Shown in pieces: positions 7,676 through 10,035 of a stretch of 10,035 nt of DNA (its first letter is position 1; every line of letters begins with the position of its first letter). Position numbers and translations under genes: made by a program. Source of the DNA: an uncultured archaeon (GTDB lineage: Archaea; Asgardarchaeota; Heimdallarchaeia; Heimdallarchaeales; Heimdallarchaeaceae); assembly GCA_964549075.1 (NCBI GenBank), contig CAZJUB010000094.1:1-10035 (forward strand), given 5' to 3'. Below the pieces are notes generated by a model. It searched no databases, was not told where the DNA came from, and saw nothing but the letters and a program-made list of their open reading frames with translations.

Positions 7676-8089
7676 ATGAATGAAGAAAATAATGAAGAAG
7701 AAGAAGAAGACCTAGACTATTTAGAGTGTTGGGAAGAAGTAGAACCTTTGCTTATTGAATATATAAAAAGTGGTCAAGATTCTCTTATGAATGAGATAGA
7801 GAAGATTTTGTTTTCTGCTGATTATTATGACAGTAAGACGATCTATGCTGCAGAAGACATTGCAAAAAAAATACATGGAAAAACAGTTACTACTAGTCAG
7901 TGGTCATCTCTAACTACTTTACTTAGAAATATTATCGAATCTGGTGATTATGACGATGATTATTGTAGTATACTTAGGGATTCTGTTTCATTTAATGATA
8001 TTGAAATTGGTTACATAACCATTATTGGTGGTGGACTCAGAAGCGAAGCTTCTTCAACGACTGTTCTATGCAGAATCATAAAAGAATAA
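7676..8089 (+). CDS. Acidic hypothetical protein (137 aa)
   Basis: Clean ATG ORF with a D/E-rich N-terminus. TTTTTATT at 7645-7652 is spaced for a leaderless transcript, and a hairpin lies at the stop. No family recognised. Confidence 0.68.
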   Translation: MNEENNEEEEEDLDYLECWEEVEPLLIEYIKSGQDSLMNEIEKILFSADYYDSKTIYAAEDIAKKIHGKTVTTSQWSSLTTLLRNIIESGDYDDDYCSILRDSVSFNDIEIGYITIIGGGLRSEASSTTVLCRIIKE

Positions 8090-8112
8090 AAAATGAATCG
8101 AGGTTCATTTTT
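8089..8112 (+). terminator. Hairpin at the stop codon of 7676-8089
   Basis: AAAAATGAA-tcgagg-TTCATTTTT forms a 9-bp perfect inverted repeat ending in T5. Confidence 0.45.
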
Positions 8113-8191
8113 GCACTTCCCACCAGTTAAATTTACTAGATGTAAATTTTTAAAGTATTGTCTGAGATGTTTTACCAGATGATAATGAAAC

Positions 8192-8206
8192 TTCGTTTTA
8201 AACGAA
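8192..8206. repeat. 15-bp palindrome
   Basis: TTCGTTT-T-AAACGAA. Confidence 0.6.
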
Positions 8207-8292
8207 AACTTTGTTTGTTGGGATAAACAACAAGTAAAGAAACTCAACCTGCTAGATAATCTGATAGTTCTCGAAAATTTTGATTAGCAAAT

Positions 8293-8329
8293 AATCTTAC
8301 CACGGAAAATTTTTTTGTGTGGTAAGATT
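8293..8329. repeat. 11-bp perfect inverted repeat (hairpin)
   Basis: AATCTTACCAC (8293-8303) pairs with GTGGTAAGATT (8319-8329). The 9-bp direct repeat CAAATAATC occurs at 8288-8296 and 8333-8341. Confidence 0.75.
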
Positions 8330-8408
8330 TCTCAAATAATCGAAATTTTTTAAGGTTTTTAGTTAAACCAGATCTTCGTTCACAATAACTGCTAAAGAAA
8401 GAGTAGAA

Positions 8409-8969
8409 TCATTTCCCTACTCTTATTGCTTTAGCTAGTTTGGGTCCTACAAGTCCTTGCAATAATACACCTATTAACAGCAAGAAAGCTAAGCCTATTA
8501 TCCAGAGTATTTCTAGAGTATTGTAATCTATAAAGAAAATCAATACAGCTGGTACAATAGATATTAGTAAAATTGTTGTTCCTACAATCAATTTTTGTTT
8601 TATCATAGGTGTCTTCAAAGTCTTGTATCTCACATTTGCATCAAATGCTCCTGCTAAAACTGTTATTAGCACAACAAAAGGTAGAACAACAGTTAGAACC
8701 TTTAGAGCTATAAACAAATTCAATCGCAAAGGATCGTTAAACACTGCTACCAATATCGATAGAATAAAAATAAAAGGGATAAGACCACCTGGAAAATGTA
8801 CCAAGAGGGGATGGATATTAAAGTCTAATATTTTCATTCTTTTCTCTGAAACTTTACTCTCATAGGGTTTAAAAGCTGAGCTTTTAGCTCCACAAGCAGG
8901 ACAAACATCTTTCACTTGACTCTGCTTTATTACATAACCACAAACATTGCATTTCACAAATTCTACCAT
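8409..8969 (-). CDS. Rubredoxin-like metal-binding domain fused to a DUF2231-type membrane domain
   Basis: CNVCGY...CPACG at the N-terminus, then IHPLLVHFP and four TM segments. SD-like GAAGGCGA upstream. Confidence 0.85.
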   Translation of the reverse strand: MVEFVKCNVCGYVIKQSQVKDVCPACGAKSSAFKPYESKVSEKRMKILDFNIHPLLVHFPGGLIPFIFILSILVAVFNDPLRLNLFIALKVLTVVLPFVVLITVLAGAFDANVRYKTLKTPMIKQKLIVGTTILLISIVPAVLIFFIDYNTLEILWIIGLAFLLLIGVLLQGLVGPKLAKAIRVGK

Positions 8970-9241
8970 TAATTATCGCCTTCTTCAAATATAAAATGTT
9001 TAATAAATGCTCCTTTTTATGTTTTTCTGAAAAAGAATTCTTAGAGCTTATTTACATATGAAATTCCTACTAAGAGATGAGAATATTTCTACAAGTTAGT
9101 ACTTCCTCAACTTTGAATAGAATAGCATGAAAACTACTAAAAAAGCCTAATTTCTTTTCAATTTTCCTATATTTCTACACAACATTTATTGGGGGGAACT
9201 AACCTAATTTTTCTATATTCAATTAAAAGAGGTTTAAAAAA

Positions 9242-9718
9242 ATGAAAGATTTTGTTAAAACAACTAAATTTCTAGCTTCTTTTCTACTTTTAGTCTTTTT
9301 TTTAAGTATGGGAACTAGAAATACATTAATTGCACAAACACAAGTTAATACGCAAAATAATGCTATTATTTATAGTAGCACAACTAAAACTAGCTGGGAT
9401 TATACTGCACTAGAATTGGTATCAGCTGAGAGTAACGAAAATTCTAGATATCCATTTATTGCGGTAGACTCAAAATCAAACATACATGTAGTATGGCAGG
9501 ACTATACTGATTTATATGGTTCTGGTACAGATGGTGCTATATTCTACAAGTATTGGGATGAGGAAACTCAAACATGGACACCGACACAGTTTATTTCTAA
9601 TCAGAGTGGGCAAGCGTTCTATCCAGCAATTGCAGTCGATAATAAAGACAATTTACACGTAGTATGGGAGGATTATTCAGGCTATGCTAGTTCAGGTTTC
9701 GACCGTAATCAGCTGTAG
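9242..9718 (+). pseudogene. 5' part of a secreted beta-propeller-like repeat surface protein, truncated near 9707-9712
   Basis: Signal peptide and SD AGAGGT (9228-9233). Two ~58-aa repeats (YPFIAVDSKSNIHVVWQDY..GSGTDGAIFYKYW / YPAIAVDNKDNLHVVWEDY..SSGFDR). The second breaks off before IFYK into NQL*. Confidence 0.75.
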
Positions 9719-10035
9719 TATGAAATCTTGATCAATCTTGCCAACAAGAAATTTTGGGATAATTTTTGAAAGGGAAATTGACGAAGAACTTATGTTAATA
9801 AGAATAGGCATAGCAGCTCAGTTACAAGGAGTGTCAGCGAGTACACTAAGAAGATGGGAGAAAGACGGAAAAATGCTCCCCTACGGAAGGACAAGGGGAG
9901 GACACAGAAGATATAAACTCTCCCAGAGTGTAGAAGAAGAGAAGAAAGGGAACAGCTTTAATCACCAGCACCTTGTTGTGGGGGGAGATCCGCCTGATCC
10001 ATTACCAGAGATAATGCCAATGTTCTATTATATTA
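9708..10035 (+). mobile_element. IS607-family-like element (left part, probably internally deleted; boundaries approximate)
   Basis: Abrupt junction in the upstream gene. Short direct repeats AATCTTG at 9724-9730 and 9734-9740, with variants at 9750-9756 and 9761-9768. A TnpA-type HTH ORF follows and GC content rises. Confidence 0.65.
9792..10035 (+). CDS. MerR-type HTH typical of the IS607 TnpA serine-recombinase N-terminus (3' partial, not in ORF track)
   Basis: MLIRIGIAAQLQGVSASTLRRWEKDGKMLPYGRTRGGHRRYKLSQ... is open to the window end. No YARVS catalytic motif appears in the next ~40 codons. Confidence 0.78.
   Translation, partial: MLIRIGIAAQLQGVSASTLRRWEKDGKMLPYGRTRGGHRRYKLSQSVEEEKKGNSFNHQHLVVGGDPPDPLPEIMPMFYYI

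Noticed and set aside
8011-8247. 78-aa minus-strand ORF
   Set aside because: Overlaps 7676-8089 antisense and the palindromic intergenic region.
8623-8865. 80-aa plus-strand ORF
   Set aside because: Antisense to the rubredoxin-DUF2231 gene.
9724-9768. Short repeats as a CRISPR-like or guide array for Ago
   Set aside because: They are only 7-8 bp without spacers and better explained as IS607-type end repeats. No CRISPR array, tRNA or rRNA was seen in the window.

Overview
AT-rich archaeal-looking accessory region. An Asgard/Heimdallarchaeia-like origin is inferred from the protein families and promoter style and is not proven. The centrepiece is a full-length (782 aa) long prokaryotic Argonaute (3584-5932) with N-L1-PAZ-L2-MID-PIWI architecture, a YKQK MID pocket and a PAZ/L2 that resembles eukaryotic PIWI/AGO. 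Three catalytic Asp are intact, but Asp rather than Glu occupies the 'glutamate finger' position. A 3-TM membrane protein gene follows 29 nt later and ends in an oligo-T terminator, suggesting a two-gene operon. This low-GC cassette is bracketed by two diverged, same-orientation copies of the 3' end of a DinB/YfiT-family gene (3316-3454 and 6819-7382), which the ORF track misses; this resembles an insertion scar. The left flank holds a wHTH-SAM methyltransferase (5' partial), a tandem GNAT and a surface protein. The right flank holds an FN3-TM gene relic, an acidic hypothetical protein, a palindrome-rich intergenic region, a rubredoxin-DUF2231 protein and a secreted repeat protein cut off by an IS607-like element at the window end.
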